From assembly GCA_964016885.1 (NCBI GenBank), contig OZ024743.1, positions 144,522,001 through 144,586,000 of the forward strand: a DNA stretch of 64,000 bases, read 5' to 3'. A program made the translations under genes and the position numbers. This document shows positions 46,305 through 61,572 of this stretch, piece by piece. The stretch is from Eledone cirrhosa (lineage: Eukaryota). The number at the start of each line of letters is the position of its first letter. Position 1 is the stretch's first letter. The notes beneath the pieces were generated by a model. The model saw nothing but the letters and a program-made list of their open reading frames with translations. It had not been told where the DNA came from and did not search any database.

Positions 46305-47910
46305 ATGTATAAATGTCTATATCTATATATACCTATATATATAGTTGTTATATAGTAAGGTGCAAATTTGGTTGTGTAAAATGGTCCAATAAATTTATGT
46401 TAGCAATATTAAGTTCTCCACGCTTTTGTATATCTCCAATTCTGTTCAAGGGAACAGCTAGATGATGTAAACCGGAGTATAAGTATCAAAATGAAAATTC
46501 GAAGTCAAGGTAAAATTCCAATCATTTAATCACGACACATGTTTTAATAAGAGATAGATCGATTGTGAAGCCAAGATCTATTATCACTGAACTCATCAGG
46601 TGAAAATGAGTTGTCTTCAAATTCTTGATATGAGGGAGAAAAATAACGATGTTCTCTAACATAATTCATTCGGAATTTAAGGATAGATGGTATAATCACC
46701 GCTATACCTTTAATAGATGAGATTAAAAAAAATAGCACGGCACTTTCTGAATTAGTCTGGAAGCTTAAATATCAGAATATAGAGCACTCCTTATCTTGGT
46801 CCATAGTTTGCTCAGCCCAACGTTATAACGGCAGCCCTGGCGTCTGCAATTTATGTATAGCTGAAACCTTTAATATTATCAGAGGCGGCCCCCTATTAAT
46901 TAATAGGAGAGCTGATTTTTTTCCGCAACTGCCAACACAGAACCTCGAAAGCTTTCCGCAGGATTTTTGGATGGTAACCTACCACTAACTCCTCCCTCTC
47001 TACTTTAGCCATAGAGTTCTCTCAATAAACAGACAGTCACACACTCAGGTAGTTAGACGGCTAAGATTGTTTGCGCACTTACAAACGATACTCGGCCTGT
47101 TTCCACGGAGTTCTCACAGCTGAGTGCACTTTTTTAGACTACCTAGCTAGTAAATAGTTAGATTGATTACACACTTAGAATACCTAGTTAGTAATTGATT
47201 GCACCCAGAGGCATGACCGATTACGCGAACCTAACTTTACTCTAAGATACCCTAACCATTGAGTTCTCTCAGTTGGTCTATAGCTTGTCGTATTACACAC
47301 TTAGTTAGGACCAGTTACGCTCTCTATACATAACTCTACACGCAGTACCCGTTTCCTTTAGATATTGAGCTCCCACATTTGCGACTGTCACCTCCCTACC
47401 GACTGAACACTACACTAGGTCTTGATCCGTGATCATCTAACCATGGAGGACTCACTGTTACGGATTGAACAATAATACTTACACACCATTAATGGGCCTA
47501 CACACATCTTCTGGATTTTACTATCCTGTGTTGTTTTACTTCACCTTCTGTGTTGGATAACACACCTCCAACACTCAAACAACTATCTTAAAAGTTCATT
47601 GGCCCATTTGACGGGAAATCGCACTTACTGACGCATTTACCCAATACCCAACCCTACACGGAGCCCCTGCTGGCCTACATTGTGGTTTCTTGCACGTACG
47701 GATTTGGTGACTCGGATTCTCAATGGGACTGCGGTACATACTGAGTTCGATATGAGCTGATTGCTTGCTCTTCACATGGATGTGTATATACCCAGACATA
47801 CCCTTTTTTGGACGATACGGATGTGTATATACCATAACATACACTTGAGGATATGGATGTTACAATTCAATCTATACACGTATAGCAGAACACTGAGCTG
47901 AACTTACTTG

Positions 47911-47949
<39 letters not shown>

Positions 47950-49330
47950 TGGGTATGGAGCGTTGGTTAACCCAATATTTCCAATTTACATCGTCAAATT
48001 GAGATTTGACCAATGTAGCATCTGTTGTTTTGTGAACTAACTTTCGGATAATGTCGTGTTGGTCCAGACTTATATTTGTTTTTTTTCTTCTGACATCGCT
48101 TCGGTGTGTGTGAGAGTGTGTGTGTACCCACCCACACTAACTGTGACCTTTATAATTCTACAGGTTTGATACTGTGTTGATGTGTGTATATATATGTATA
48201 TATTTTTTTCTTTGTCCTCGAGCCGGTGTATGTTGGTGTGGAGTGTGTGGGTACCCAGTCACACTAACTATATCCCTACAGATTTGATTGATGGTCAGCG
48301 TCTTTTGCAGCGATAGAATTCTGACAACTTTTATGACCTCAACTGAAGTTAATAGCAGTCGCCGTGTCTCTCACTTGTGTGTCTTCATATGAGGGAATGG
48401 ATTCTGTGAGAGAACATCGTTATTTTTCTCCCTAATATCAAGAATTTGAAGACAACTCATTTTCAGTTGATGAGATCAGTGATAATCGATCACGGCTTCA
48501 CAATCGATCTATCTCTTATTGAAACATGTGTCGTGATTAAATGATTGGAATTTTACCTTGCCTTCGGATATACCTATATATATATATTTATTTAAAATGT
48601 ATCTTCGACATTGCTGTATACATATATGTGTGTGAAGTTCGTATATCTAAAGATATACAGTATGATTAATAAATAAATATTCTGAAAGCTCAGCTATGAT
48701 TAGAAGGCTCGCGGCAAGTGCCGTCTAGCAGAATATAACATAAGCAGAGGAGGATATTAGTCTGTGGATTTTGAACTTAATTCTTCACACCAGGACAATG
48801 TTTCCTCCTGCAAACTGCTGGATTTAAGACAGGCGAAAATATATACTTTTTTCGTCTGTGTAGTTGGGCTGATTAGCCTCATTTTCATACGAAGCTGTGT
48901 AAGTTGCCTCAAGGTAAAATAGAATTAAAATTTACCTATGGCATAGCTGTATACATGTATTTATGTGAATTTTATAAATATTTAGATATACAGTATATTT
49001 AATAAATAAACATTTTAAAAGCTCAGCTATGAATAGAAGGCCGACTGCAAGCGCCGTCTAGTGGAATCATGCAGTAGCAGCGGAGGACACATGTCTACAC
49101 ATTTCGAACTTAATGGTTCTAATCAGGACAATGGTTCCTCTTGCTTATTGCTATAATAAAGGACATAAAAGACGTAATACTGTCAATGATGGACTGCTAT
49201 TACGAATTTATTTTACGTTTTACCAAATATATTAGTGGATCATTGCATGATTAATTGACAAGAGATAGGTGTGATATTATTTAGTGATTAAGAGAGATAT
49301 ATAAATAATCTAACTGTTTTGTTCTTTCAG

Positions 49331-49441
49331 TTGATCCATGCAGTAGCAATCCATGCAAGAACGGAGCTAAATGTACAAACAAAGGAAATAAATTCCAATG
49401 TGAATGTCTTCCAGGTTACAGAGGAAACGACTGTTCTATTG
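49331..49441 (+). CDS. Array EGF exon 9 (RGN)
   Basis: 111 bp, AG/GT intact, AGA GGA AAC. Confidence 0.9.
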
Positions 49442-50998
49442 GTCAGTATTGGTATTTATAGTGATGCACTCATAAGTCTATAAAAACGTTGCATATTCAT
49501 ATAGAAAGATTTCACATGTCTTTATATTTATGTCTATATTTATGTGTGTGTGTATGTATGTTTATGTATAGTTCTATACATGTGTGTATATATATATATA
49601 TATATATGTATGTATAAATGTCTATATCTATATATACCTATATATATAGTTGTTATATAGTAAGGTGCAATATTGGTTGTGTAAAATGGTCCAATAAATT
49701 TATGTTAGAAATACTAAGTTCTCCACGCTTTTGTATATCTCCAATTCCGTTCAAGGGAACAGCTAGATGATGTAAAACGGAGTATAAGTATCAAAATAAA
49801 ATCCGAAGGCAAGGTAAAATTCCAATCATTTAATCACGACACATGTTTAAATAAGAGATAGATCGATTGTGAAGCCATGATCGATTATCACTGATCTCAT
49901 CAGGTGAAAATGAGTTGTCTTCAAGTTCTTGATATGAGGGAGTAAAATAACGATGTTCTCTCCCAGAATTCATTCGGAATTTAAGGATAGATGGTATAAT
50001 GACCGCCATACCTTTAATAGATTAGATTAGAAAAATAGCACGGCACTTTCTTAATTAGTCTGGAAGCTTAAATGTCAGAATATAGAGCACTCCTTATCCT
50101 GGTCCATAGTTTGCACAGCCCAACCTTACAACGGCAGCACTGGCGTCTGCAATTTATGTATAGCTGAAACCTTTAATATTATCAGTGGAAATATGTGTCG
50201 TGATTAAATGATTGGAATTTTACCTTGCCTTCGGATATACCTAGATATATATATTTATTTAAAATGTATCGTCGACATTGATTTATACATATATGTGTGT
50301 GAAGTTCGTATATCTAAAGATATACAGTATGATTAATAAATAAATATTCTGAAAGCTCAGCTATGATTAGAAGGCTCGCGGCAAGTGCCGTCTAGCAGAA
50401 TATAGCAGAAGCAGCGGAGGATATTAGTCTGTGGATTTTGAACTTAATTCTTCACACCAGGACAATGTTTCCTTTTGCAAACTGCTGGACTTTAAGACAG
50501 GCGCAAATATATACTTTTTTCGTCTGTGTAGTTGGGCTGATTAGCCTCATTTACATACGAAGCTGTGTAAGTTGCCTCAAGGTGAAATGGAATTAAAATT
50601 TACCTGTGGCATAGCTGTATACATGTATTTATGTGAATTTTATAAATATTTAGATATACAGTATATTTAATGAATAAACAATTTAAAAGCCTAGCTGTGA
50701 ATGGAAGGCCGACTGCAAGCGCCGTCTAGTGGAATCATGCAGTAGCAGCGGAGGACACATGTATACATATTTCGAACTTAATGGTTCTAATCAGGACATT
50801 GGTTCCTCTTGCTTATTGCTATAATAAAAGACCTAAAAGACGTAATACTGTCAATGATGGACTGCTACTACGAATTTATTTTACGTTTTACCAAATATAT
50901 TAGTAAATCATTGCATGATTAATTGACAAGAGATAGGTGTGATATTATTTAGTGATTAACAGAGATATATAAATAATGTAACTGTTTTGTTCTTTCAG

Positions 50999-51109
50999 TT
51001 GATCCATGCAGTAGCAATCCATGCAAGAACGGAGCTAAATGTACAAACAAAGGAAATAAATTCCAATGTGAATGTCTTCCAGGTTACAGAGGAAACGACT
51101 GTTCCATTG
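50999..51109 (+). CDS. Array EGF exon 10 (RGN)
   Basis: 111 bp, AG/GT intact; follows a short (deleted) intron. Confidence 0.9.
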
Positions 51110-51253
51110 GTCAGTATTGGTATTTATAGTGATGCACCCATAAGTCTATAAAAATGTTGCATATTCATATAGAAAGATTTCACATGTTGTCTTTATATTT
51201 ATGTCTATATTTATGTGTGTGTGTATGTATGTTTATGTATAGTTCTATACATG

Positions 51254-51302
<49 letters not shown>

Positions 51303-51659
51303 AAATGTCTATATCTACATATACCTATATATATAGTTGTTATATAGTAAGGTGCATTATTGGTTGTGTAAAATGGTCCAATAAATTTATGTTAGCAATA
51401 TTAAGTTCTCCAGGCTTTTGTATATCTCCAATTCCGTTCAAGGGAACAGCTAGATGATGTAAAACTGAGTATAAGTATCAAAATGAAAATCCGAAGGCAA
51501 GGTAAAATTCCAATCATTTAATCACGACACATGTTTAAATAAGAGATAGATTGATTGTGAAGCCATGATCTATTATCACTGAACTCATCAGGGGAAAATG
51601 AGTTGTCTTCAAATTCTTGATATGAGGGAGAAAAATAACGATGTTCTCTCATAGAATTC

Positions 51660-51950
51660 ATTCGGAATTTAAGGATAGATGGTATAATCACCGCTATAAC
51701 TTTAATAGATTAGATAAAAAAAAAAATAGCACGGCACTTTCTGAATTAGTCTGGAAGCTTAAATATCAGAATATAGAGCACTCCATATCCTGGTCCATAG
51801 TTTGCTCAGCCCAACCTTATAACGGCAGCACTGGCGTCTGCAATTTATGTATAGCTGAAACCTTTAATATTATCAGAGGCGGCCCCCTATTAATTAATAG
51901 GAGAGCTGATTTTTTTTCAGTAACTGCCAACATAGAACCTCGAAAACTTT
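51660..51950 (+). pseudogene. Penelope GIY-YIG endonuclease C-terminal remnant (open here and at 56779-57141, frameshifted in other units)
   Basis: FKDRWYNH...STALSELVWKLK...ISWSIV..AQPY....CNLCIAE...LINRR matches the PLE endonuclease pattern. Confidence 0.85.
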
Positions 51951-52915
51951 CCGGAGGATTTTTGGAAGGTAACCTACCACTAACTCCTCCCTCTCTACTT
52001 TAGTCATAGAGTTCTCTCAATAAACAGACAGTCACACACTCAGGTAGTTAGACGGCTAAGATTGATTGCGCACTTACAAACGAAATTCGGCCTGTTTCCA
52101 CGGAGTTCTCACAGCTGAGTGCACTTTTTTAGAATACCTAGCTAGTAAATAGTTAGATTGATTACACACTTAGAATACCTAGTTAGTAATTGATTGCAAC
52201 CAGAGGCATGACCGATTACGCGCACCTACCTTTACTTTAAGGTACCCTAACCATTGAGTTCTCTCAGTTGGTCTATAGCTAGTCGTATTACACACTTAGT
52301 TAGGACCAGTTACGCTCTCTATACATAACTCTACACGCAGTACCCGTTTCCTTTAGATATTGAGCTCCCACAATTGCGACTGTCACGTCCCTACCGACTG
52401 AACACTACCCTAGGGCTTGATCCGTGATCATCTAACCATGGAGGACTCACTGTTACAGATTGAACAATAATACTTACACACCATTAATGGGCCTACACAC
52501 ATCCTCTGGATTTTACTATCCTGTGTTTTTTTACTTCACCTTCTGTGTTGGATAACACACCTCCACCACTCAAACAACTATCTTAAAGGTTCATTGGCCC
52601 ATTTGACGGGAAATCGCACTTACTGACGCATTTACCCAATACCCAACCCTACACGGAGCCCCTGCTGGCCTACATTGTGGTTGCTTGCACGTACGGCACG
52701 TACAGATTTGGTGAGTCGGATTCTCAATGGGACTGCGGTACATACTGAGTTCGATATGAGCTGATTGCTTGCTCTTCACATGGATGTGTATATACCCAGA
52801 CATACCCTTTTTTGGACGATACGGATGTGTATATACCATAACATACACTTGAGGATATGGATGTTACAATTCAATCTATACACGTATAGCAGAACACTGA
52901 ACTGAACTTACTTGC

Positions 52916-53013
<98 letters not shown>

Positions 53014-54359
53014 GTGTGTGTGTGTGTGTGGTGGGTATGGGGCGTTGGTTAACCCAGTATTTCCAATTTACATCGTCAAATTGAGATTTGACCAATGTAC
53101 CATCTGTTGTTTCGTGAATTAACTTCCGGTGAATACTGTGTTGGTACATTCTTAAATTTTTTTTTTTTTCTGTGACCTTTATACTTCTACAGGTTTGATA
53201 CTGTGTTGATATGTGTATATATATGTATATATTTTTTTCTTTGACCTCGAGCCGGTGTATGTTGGTGTGGAGTGTGTGTGTACCCAGTCACATAAATATA
53301 TCCCTACAGATTTGATTGATGGTCAGCGTCTTTCGCAGCGATAGAATTCTGACAACTTTTATGACCTCAACTGAAGTTAATAGCAGTCGCCGTGTCTCTC
53401 ACTTGTGTGTCTTCATATGAGGGAATGGATTCTGTGAGAGAACATCGTTATTTTTCTCCCTAATATCAAGAATTTTAAGACAACTCATTTTCAGTGGATG
53501 AGATCAGTGATAATCGATCACTGCTTCACAATCGATCTATCTCTTATTGAAACATGTGTCGTGATTAAATGATTGGAATTTTACGTTGCCTTCGGATATA
53601 CCTAGATATATATATTTATTTAAAATGTATCGTCGACATTGATTTATACATATATGTGTGTGAAGTTCGTATATCTAAAGATATACAGTATGATTAATAA
53701 ATAAATATTCTGAAAGCTCAGCTATGATTAGAAGGCTCGCGGCAAGAGCCGTCTAGCAGAATATAGCAGAAGCAGAGGAGGATATTAGTCTGTGGATTTT
53801 GAACTTTATTCTTCACACCAGGACAATGTTTCCTTTTGCAAACTGCTGGACTTTAAGACAGGCGCAAATATATACTTTTTTCGTCTGTGTAGTTGGGCTG
53901 ATTAGCCTCATGTACATTCGAAGCTGTGTAAGTTGCCTCAATCTGAAATGGAATTAAAATTTACCTGTGGCATAGCTGTATACATGTATTTATGTGAATT
54001 TTATAAATATTTAGATATACAGTATATTTAATAAATAAACATTTTAAAAGCTCAGCCATGAATGGAAGGCCGACTGCAAGCGCCGTCTAGTGGAATCATG
54101 CAGTAGCAGCGGAGGACACATGTCTACACATTTCGAACTTAATGGTTCTAATCAGGACAATGGTCCCTCTTGCTTATTGCTATAATAAAGGACCTAAAAG
54201 ACGTAATACTGTCAATGATGGACTGCTATTACGAATTTATTTTACGTTTGACCAAATATATTAGTAGATCATTGCATGATTAATTGACAAGAGATAGGTG
54301 TGATATTATTTAGTGATTAAGAGAGATATATAAATAATCTAACTGTTTTGTTCTTTCAG

Positions 54360-54470
54360 TTGATCCATGCAGTAGCAATCCATGCAAGAACGGAGCTAAA
54401 TGTACAAACAAAGGAAATAAATTCCAATGTGAATGTCTTCCAGGTTACAGAGGAGACGACTGTTCTATTG
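54360..54470 (+). CDS. Array EGF exon 11 (RGD)
   Basis: 111 bp, AG/GT intact, AGA GGA GAC. Confidence 0.9.
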
Positions 54471-54615
54471 GTCAGTATTGGTATTTATAGTGATGCACTC
54501 ATAAGTCTATAAAAATGTCGCATATTCATATAGAAAGATTTCACATGGTGTCTTTATATTTATGTCTATATTTATGTGTGTGTGTATGTATGTTTATGTA
54601 TAGTTCTATACATGT

Positions 54616-54755
<140 letters not shown>

Positions 54756-56144
54756 ATGTATAAATGTCTATATCTATATATACCTATATGTATAGTTGTT
54801 ATATATTAAGGTGCAATATTGGTTGTGTAAAATGTTCCAATAAATTTATGTTAGCAATATTAAGTTCTCTACGCTTTTATATATCTCCAATTCCGTTCAA
54901 GGGAACAGCTAGATGATGTAAAACGGAGTATAAGTATCAAAATAAAATCCGAAGGCAAGGTAAAATTCCAATCATTTAATCACGACACATGTTTAAATAA
55001 GAGATAGATCGATTGTGAAGCGATGATCGATTATCACTGATCTCATCAGGTGAAAATGAGTTGTCTTCAAATTCTTGATATGAGGGAGAAAAATAACGAT
55101 GTTCTCTCCCAGAATTCATTCGTAATTTAAGGATAGATGGTATAATCACCGCCATACCTTTAATAGATTAGATTAAAAAAATAGCACGGCACTTTCTGAA
55201 TTAGTCTGGAAGCTTAAATTTCAGAATATAGAGCACTCCTTATCCTGGTCCATAGTTTGCACAGCCCAACCTTACAACGGCAGCACTGGCGTCTGCAATT
55301 TATGTATAGCTGAAACCTTTAATATTATCAGTGGAAATATGTGTCGTGATTAAATGATTGGAATTTTACCTTGCCTTCGGATATACCTAGATATATATAT
55401 TTATTTAAAATGTATCGTCGACATTGATTTATACATATATGTGTGTGAAGTTAGTATATCTAAAGATATACAGTATGATTAATAAATAAATATTCTGAAA
55501 GCTCAGCTATGATTAGAAGGCTCGCGGCAAGTGCCGTCTAGCAGAATATAGCAGAAGCAGCGGAGGATATTAGTCTGTGGATTTTGAACTTAATTCTTCA
55601 CACCAGGACAATGTTTCCTTTTGCAAACTGCTGGACTTTAAGACAGGCGCAAATATATACTTTTTTCGTCTGTGTAGTTGGGCTGATTAGCCTCATTTAC
55701 ATACGAAGCTGTGTAAGTTGCCTCAAGGTGAAATGGAATTAAAATTTACCTGTCGCATAGCTGTATACATGTATTTATGTGAATTTTATAAATATTTAGA
55801 TATACAGTATATTTAATGAATAAACAATTTAAAAGCCTAGCTGTGAATGGAAGGCCGACTGCAAGCGCCGTCTAGTGGAATCATGCAGTAGCAGCGGAGG
55901 ACACATGTATACATATTTCGAACTTAATGGTTCTAATCAGGACATTGGTTCCTCTTGCTTATTGCTATAATAAAAGACCTAAAAGACGTAATACTGTCAA
56001 TGATGGACTGCTACTACGAATTTATTTTACGTTTTACCAAATATATTAGTAAATCATTGCATGATTAATTGACAAGAGATAGGCGTGATATTATTTAGTG
56101 ATTAACAGAGATATATAAATAATGTAACTGTTTTGTTCTTTCAG

Positions 56145-56255
56145 TTGATCCATGCAGTAGCAATCCATGCAAGAACGGAGCTAAATGTACAAACAAAGGA
56201 AATAAATTCCAATGTGAATGTCTTCCAGGTTATAGAGGAGAGGACTGTTCTATTG
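56145..56255 (+). CDS. Array EGF exon 12 (RGE)
   Basis: 111 bp, AG/GT intact, TAT AGA GGA GAG GAC. Confidence 0.9.
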
Positions 56256-56400
56256 GTCAGTATTGGTATTTATAGTGATGCACTCATAAGTCTATAAAAA
56301 TGTTGCATATTTATATAGAAAGATTTCACATGTTGTCTTTATATTTATGTCTATATTTATGTGTGTGTGTATGTATGTTTATGTATAGTTCTATACATGT

Positions 56401-56440
<40 letters not shown>

Positions 56441-58053
56441 AAATGTCTATATCTACATATACCTATATATATAGTTGTTATATAGTAAGGTGCATTATTG
56501 GTTGTGTAAAATGGTCCAATAAATTTATGTTAGCAATATTAAGTTCTCCAGGCTTTTGTATATCTCCAATTCCGTTCAAGGGAACAGCTAGATGATGTAA
56601 AACGGAGTATAAGTATCAAAATGAAAATCCGAAGGCAAGGTAAAATTCCAATCATTTAATCACGACACATGTTTAAATAAGAGATAGATTGATTGTGAAG
56701 CCATGATCTATTATCACTGAACTCATCAGGGGAAAATGAGTTGTCTTCAAATTCTTGATATGAGGGAGAAAAATAACGATGTTCTCTCATAGAATTCATT
56801 CGGAATTTAAGGATAGATGGTATAATCACCGCTATAACTTTAATAGATTAGATAAAAAAAAAAATAGCACGGCACTTTCTGAATTAGTCTGGAAGCTTAA
56901 ATATCAGAATATAGAGCACTCCATATCCTGGTCCATAGTTTGCTCAGCCCAACCTTATAACGGCAGCACTGGCGTCTGCAATTTATGTATAGCTGAAACC
57001 TTTAATATTATCAGAGGCGGCCCCCTATTAATTAATAGGAGAGCTGATTTTTTTTCAGTAACTGCCAACATAGAACCTCGAAAACTTTCCGGAGGATTTT
57101 TGGAAGGTAACCTACCACTAACTCCTCCCTCTCTACTTTAGTCATAGAGTTCTCTCAATAAACAGACAGTCACACACTCAGGTAGTTAGACGGCTAAGAT
57201 TGATTGCGCACTTACAAACGAAATTCGGCCTGTTTCCACGGAGTTCTCACAGCTGAGTGCACTTTTTTAGAATACCTAGCTAGTAAATAGTTAGATTGAT
57301 TACACACTTAGAATACCTAGTTAGTAATTGATTGCAACCAGAGGCATGACCGATTACGCGCACCTACCTTTACTTTAAGGTACCCTAACCATTGAGTTCT
57401 CTCAGTTGGTCTATAGCTAGTCGTATTACACACTTAGTTAGGACCAGTTACGCTCTCTATACATAACTCTACACGCAGTACCCGTTTCCTTTAGATATTG
57501 AGCTCCCACAATTGCGACTGTCACGTCCCTACCGACTGAACACTACCCTAGGGCTTGATCCGTGATCATCTAACCATGGAGGACTCACTGTTACAGATTG
57601 AACAATAATACTTACACACCATTAATGGGCCTACACACATCCTCTGGATTTTACTATCCTGTGTTTTTTTACTTCACCTTCTGTGTTGGATAACACACCT
57701 CCACCACTCAAACAACTATCTTAAAGGTTCATTGGCCCATTTGACGGGAAATCGCACTTACTGACGCATTTACCCAATACCCAACCCTACACGGAGCCCC
57801 TGCTGGCCTACATTGTGGTTGCTTGCACGTACGGCACGTACAGATTTGGTGAGTCGGATTCTCAATGGGACTGCGGTACATACTGAGTTCGATATGAGCT
57901 GATTGCTTGCTCTTCACATGGATGTGTATATACCCAGACATACCCTTTTTTGGACGATACGGATGTGTATATACCATAACATACACTTGAGGATATGGAT
58001 GTTACAATTCAATCTATACACGTATAGCAGAACACTGAACTGAACTTACTTGC

Positions 58054-58161
<108 letters not shown>

Positions 58162-59489
58162 TGGGTATGGGGCGTTGGTTAACCCAGTATTTCCAATTTA
58201 CATCGTCAAATTGAGATTTGACCAATGTACCATCTGTTGTTTCGTGAATTAACTTCCGGTGAATACTGTGTTGGTACATTCTTAATTTTTTTTTTTTTTC
58301 TGTGACCTTTATACTTCTACAGGTTTGATACTGTGTTGATATGTGTATATATATGTATATATTTTTTTCTTTGACCTCGAGCCGGTGTATGTTGGTGTGG
58401 AGTGTGTGTGTACCCAGTCACATAAATATATCCCTACAGATTTGATTGATGGTCAGCGTCTTTCGCAGCGATAGAATTCTGACAACTTTTATGACCTCAA
58501 CTGAAGTTAATAGCAGTCGCCGTGTCTCTCACTTGTGTGTCTTCATATGAGGGAATGGATTCTGTGAGAGAACATCGTTATTTTTCTCCCTAATATCAAG
58601 AATTTTAAGACAACTCATTTTCAGTGGATGAGATCAGTGATAATCGATCACTGCTTCACAATCGATCTATCTCTTATTGAAACATGTGTCGTGATTAAAT
58701 GATTGGAATTTTACGTTGCCTTCGGATATACCTAGATATATATATTTATTTAAAATGTATCGTCGACATTGATTTATACATATATGTGTGTGAAGTTCGT
58801 ATATCTAAAGATATACAGTATGATTAATAAATAAATATTCTGAAAGCTCAGCTATGATTAGAAGGCTCGCGGCAAGAGCCGTCTAGCAGAATATAGCAGA
58901 AGCAGAGGAGGATATTAGTCTGTGGATTTTGAACTTTATTCTTCACACCAGGACAATGTTTCCTTTTGCAAACTGCTGGACTTTAAGACAGGCGCAAATA
59001 TATACTTTTTTCGTCTGTGTAGTTGGGCTGATTAGCCTCATGTACATTCGAAGCTGTGTAAGTTGCCTCAATCTGAAATGGAATTAAAATTTACCTGTGG
59101 CATAGCTGTATACATGTATTTATGTGAATTTTATAAATATTTAGATATACAGTATATTTAATAAATAAACATTTTAAAAGCTCAGCCATGAATGGAAGGC
59201 CGACTGCAAGCGCCGTCTAGTGGAATCATGCAGTAGCAGCGGAGGACACATGTCTACACATTTCGAACTTAATGGTTCTAATCAGGACAATGGTCCCTCT
59301 TGCTTATTGCTATAATAAAGGACCTAAAAGACGTAATACTGTCAATGATGGACTGCTATTACGAATTTATTTTACGTTTGACCAAATATATTAGTAGATC
59401 ATTGCATGATTAATTGACAAGAGATAGGTGTGATATTATTTAGTGATTAAGAGAGATATATAAATAATCTAACTGTTTTGTTCTTTCAG

Positions 59490-59600
59490 TTGATCCATGC
59501 AGTAGCAATCCATGCAAGAACGGAGCTAAATGTACAAACAAAGGAAATAAATTCCAATGTGAATGTCTTCCAGGTTACAGAGGAGACGACTGTTCTATTG
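59490..59600 (+). CDS. Array EGF exon 13 (RGD)
   Basis: 111 bp, AG/GT intact, AGA GGA GAC. Confidence 0.9.
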
Positions 59601-59745
59601 GTCAGTATTGGTATTTATAGTGATGCACTCATAAGTCTATAAAAATGTCGCATATTCATATAGAAAGATTTCACATGGTGTCTTTATATTTATGTCTATA
59701 TTTATGTGTGTGTGTATGTATGTTTATGTATAGTTCTATACATGT

Positions 59746-59887
<142 letters not shown>

Positions 59888-61276
59888 ATGTATAAATGTC
59901 TATATCTATATATACCTATATGTATAGTTGTTATATATTAAGGTGCAATATTGGTTGTGTAAAATGTTCCAATAAATTTATGTTAGCAATATTAAGTTCT
60001 CTACGCTTTTATATATCTCCAATTCCGTTCAAGGGAACAGCTAGATGATGTAAAACGGAGTATAAGTATCAAAATAAAATCCGAAGGCAAGGTAAAATTC
60101 CAATCATTTAATCACGACACATGTTTAAATAAGAGATAGATCGATTGTGAAGCGATGATCGATTATCACTGATCTCATCAGGTGAAAATGAGTTGTCTTC
60201 AAATTCTTGATATGAGGGAGAAAAATAACGATGTTCTCTCCCAGAATTCATTCGTAATTTAAGGATAGATGGTATAATCACCGCCATACCTTTAATAGAT
60301 TAGATTAAAAAAATAGCACGGCACTTTCTGAATTAGTCTGGAAGCTTAAATTTCAGAATATAGAGCACTCCTTATCCTGGTCCATAGTTTGCACAGCCCA
60401 ACCTTACAACGGCAGCACTGGCGTCTGCAATTTATGTATAGCTGAAACCTTTAATATTATCAGTGGAAATATGTGTCGTGATTAAATGATTGGAATTTTA
60501 CCTTGCCTTCGGATATACCTAGATATATATATTTATTTAAAATGTATCGTCGACATTGATTTATACATATATGTGTGTGAAGTTAGTATATCTAAAGATA
60601 TACAGTATGATTAATAAATAAATATTCTGAAAGCTCAGCTATGATTAGAAGGCTCGCGGCAAGTGCCGTCTAGCAGAATATAGCAGAAGCAGCGGAGGAT
60701 ATTAGTCTGTGGATTTTGAACTTAATTCTTCACACCAGGACAATGTTTCCTTTTGCAAACTGCTGGACTTTAAGACAGGCGCAAATATATACTTTTTTCG
60801 TCTGTGTAGTTGGGCTGATTAGCCTCATTTACATACGAAGCTGTGTAAGTTGCCTCAAGGTGAAATGGAATTAAAATTTACCTGTCGCATAGCTGTATAC
60901 ATGTATTTATGTGAATTTTATAAATATTTAGATATACAGTATATTTAATGAATAAACAATTTAAAAGCCTAGCTGTGAATGGAAGGCCGACTGCAAGCGC
61001 CGTCTAGTGGAATCATGCAGTAGCAGCGGAGGACACATGTATACATATTTCGAACTTAATGGTTCTAATCAGGACATTGGTTCCTCTTGCTTATTGCTAT
61101 AATAAAAGACCTAAAAGACGTAATACTGTCAATGATGGACTGCTACTACGAATTTATTTTACGTTTTACCAAATATATTAGTAAATCATTGCATGATTAA
61201 TTGACAAGAGATAGGCGTGATATTATTTAGTGATTAACAGAGATATATAAATAATGTAACTGTTTTGTTCTTTCAG

Positions 61277-61387
61277 TTGATCCATGCAGTAGCAATCCAT
61301 GCAAGAACGGAGCTAAATGTACAAACAAAGGAAATAAATTCCAATGTGAATGTCTTCCAGGTTATAGAGGAGAGGACTGTTCTATTG
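61277..61387 (+). CDS. Array EGF exon 14 (RGE)
   Basis: 111 bp, AG/GT intact, TAT AGA GGA GAG GAC. Confidence 0.9.
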
Positions 61388-61532
61388 GTCAGTATTGGTA
61401 TTTATAGTGATGCACTCATAAGTCTATAAAAATGTTGCATATTTATATAGAAAGATTTCACATGTTGTCTTTATATTTATGTCTATATTTATGTGTGTGT
61501 GTATGTATGTTTATGTATAGTTCTATACATGT

Positions 61533-61572
<40 letters not shown>

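Noticed and set aside
51641-52003. Functional domesticated GIY-YIG nuclease
   Set aside because: Lacks the N-terminal GIY/YIG motifs. The frame is open only through A-run length variation and is broken in most units.
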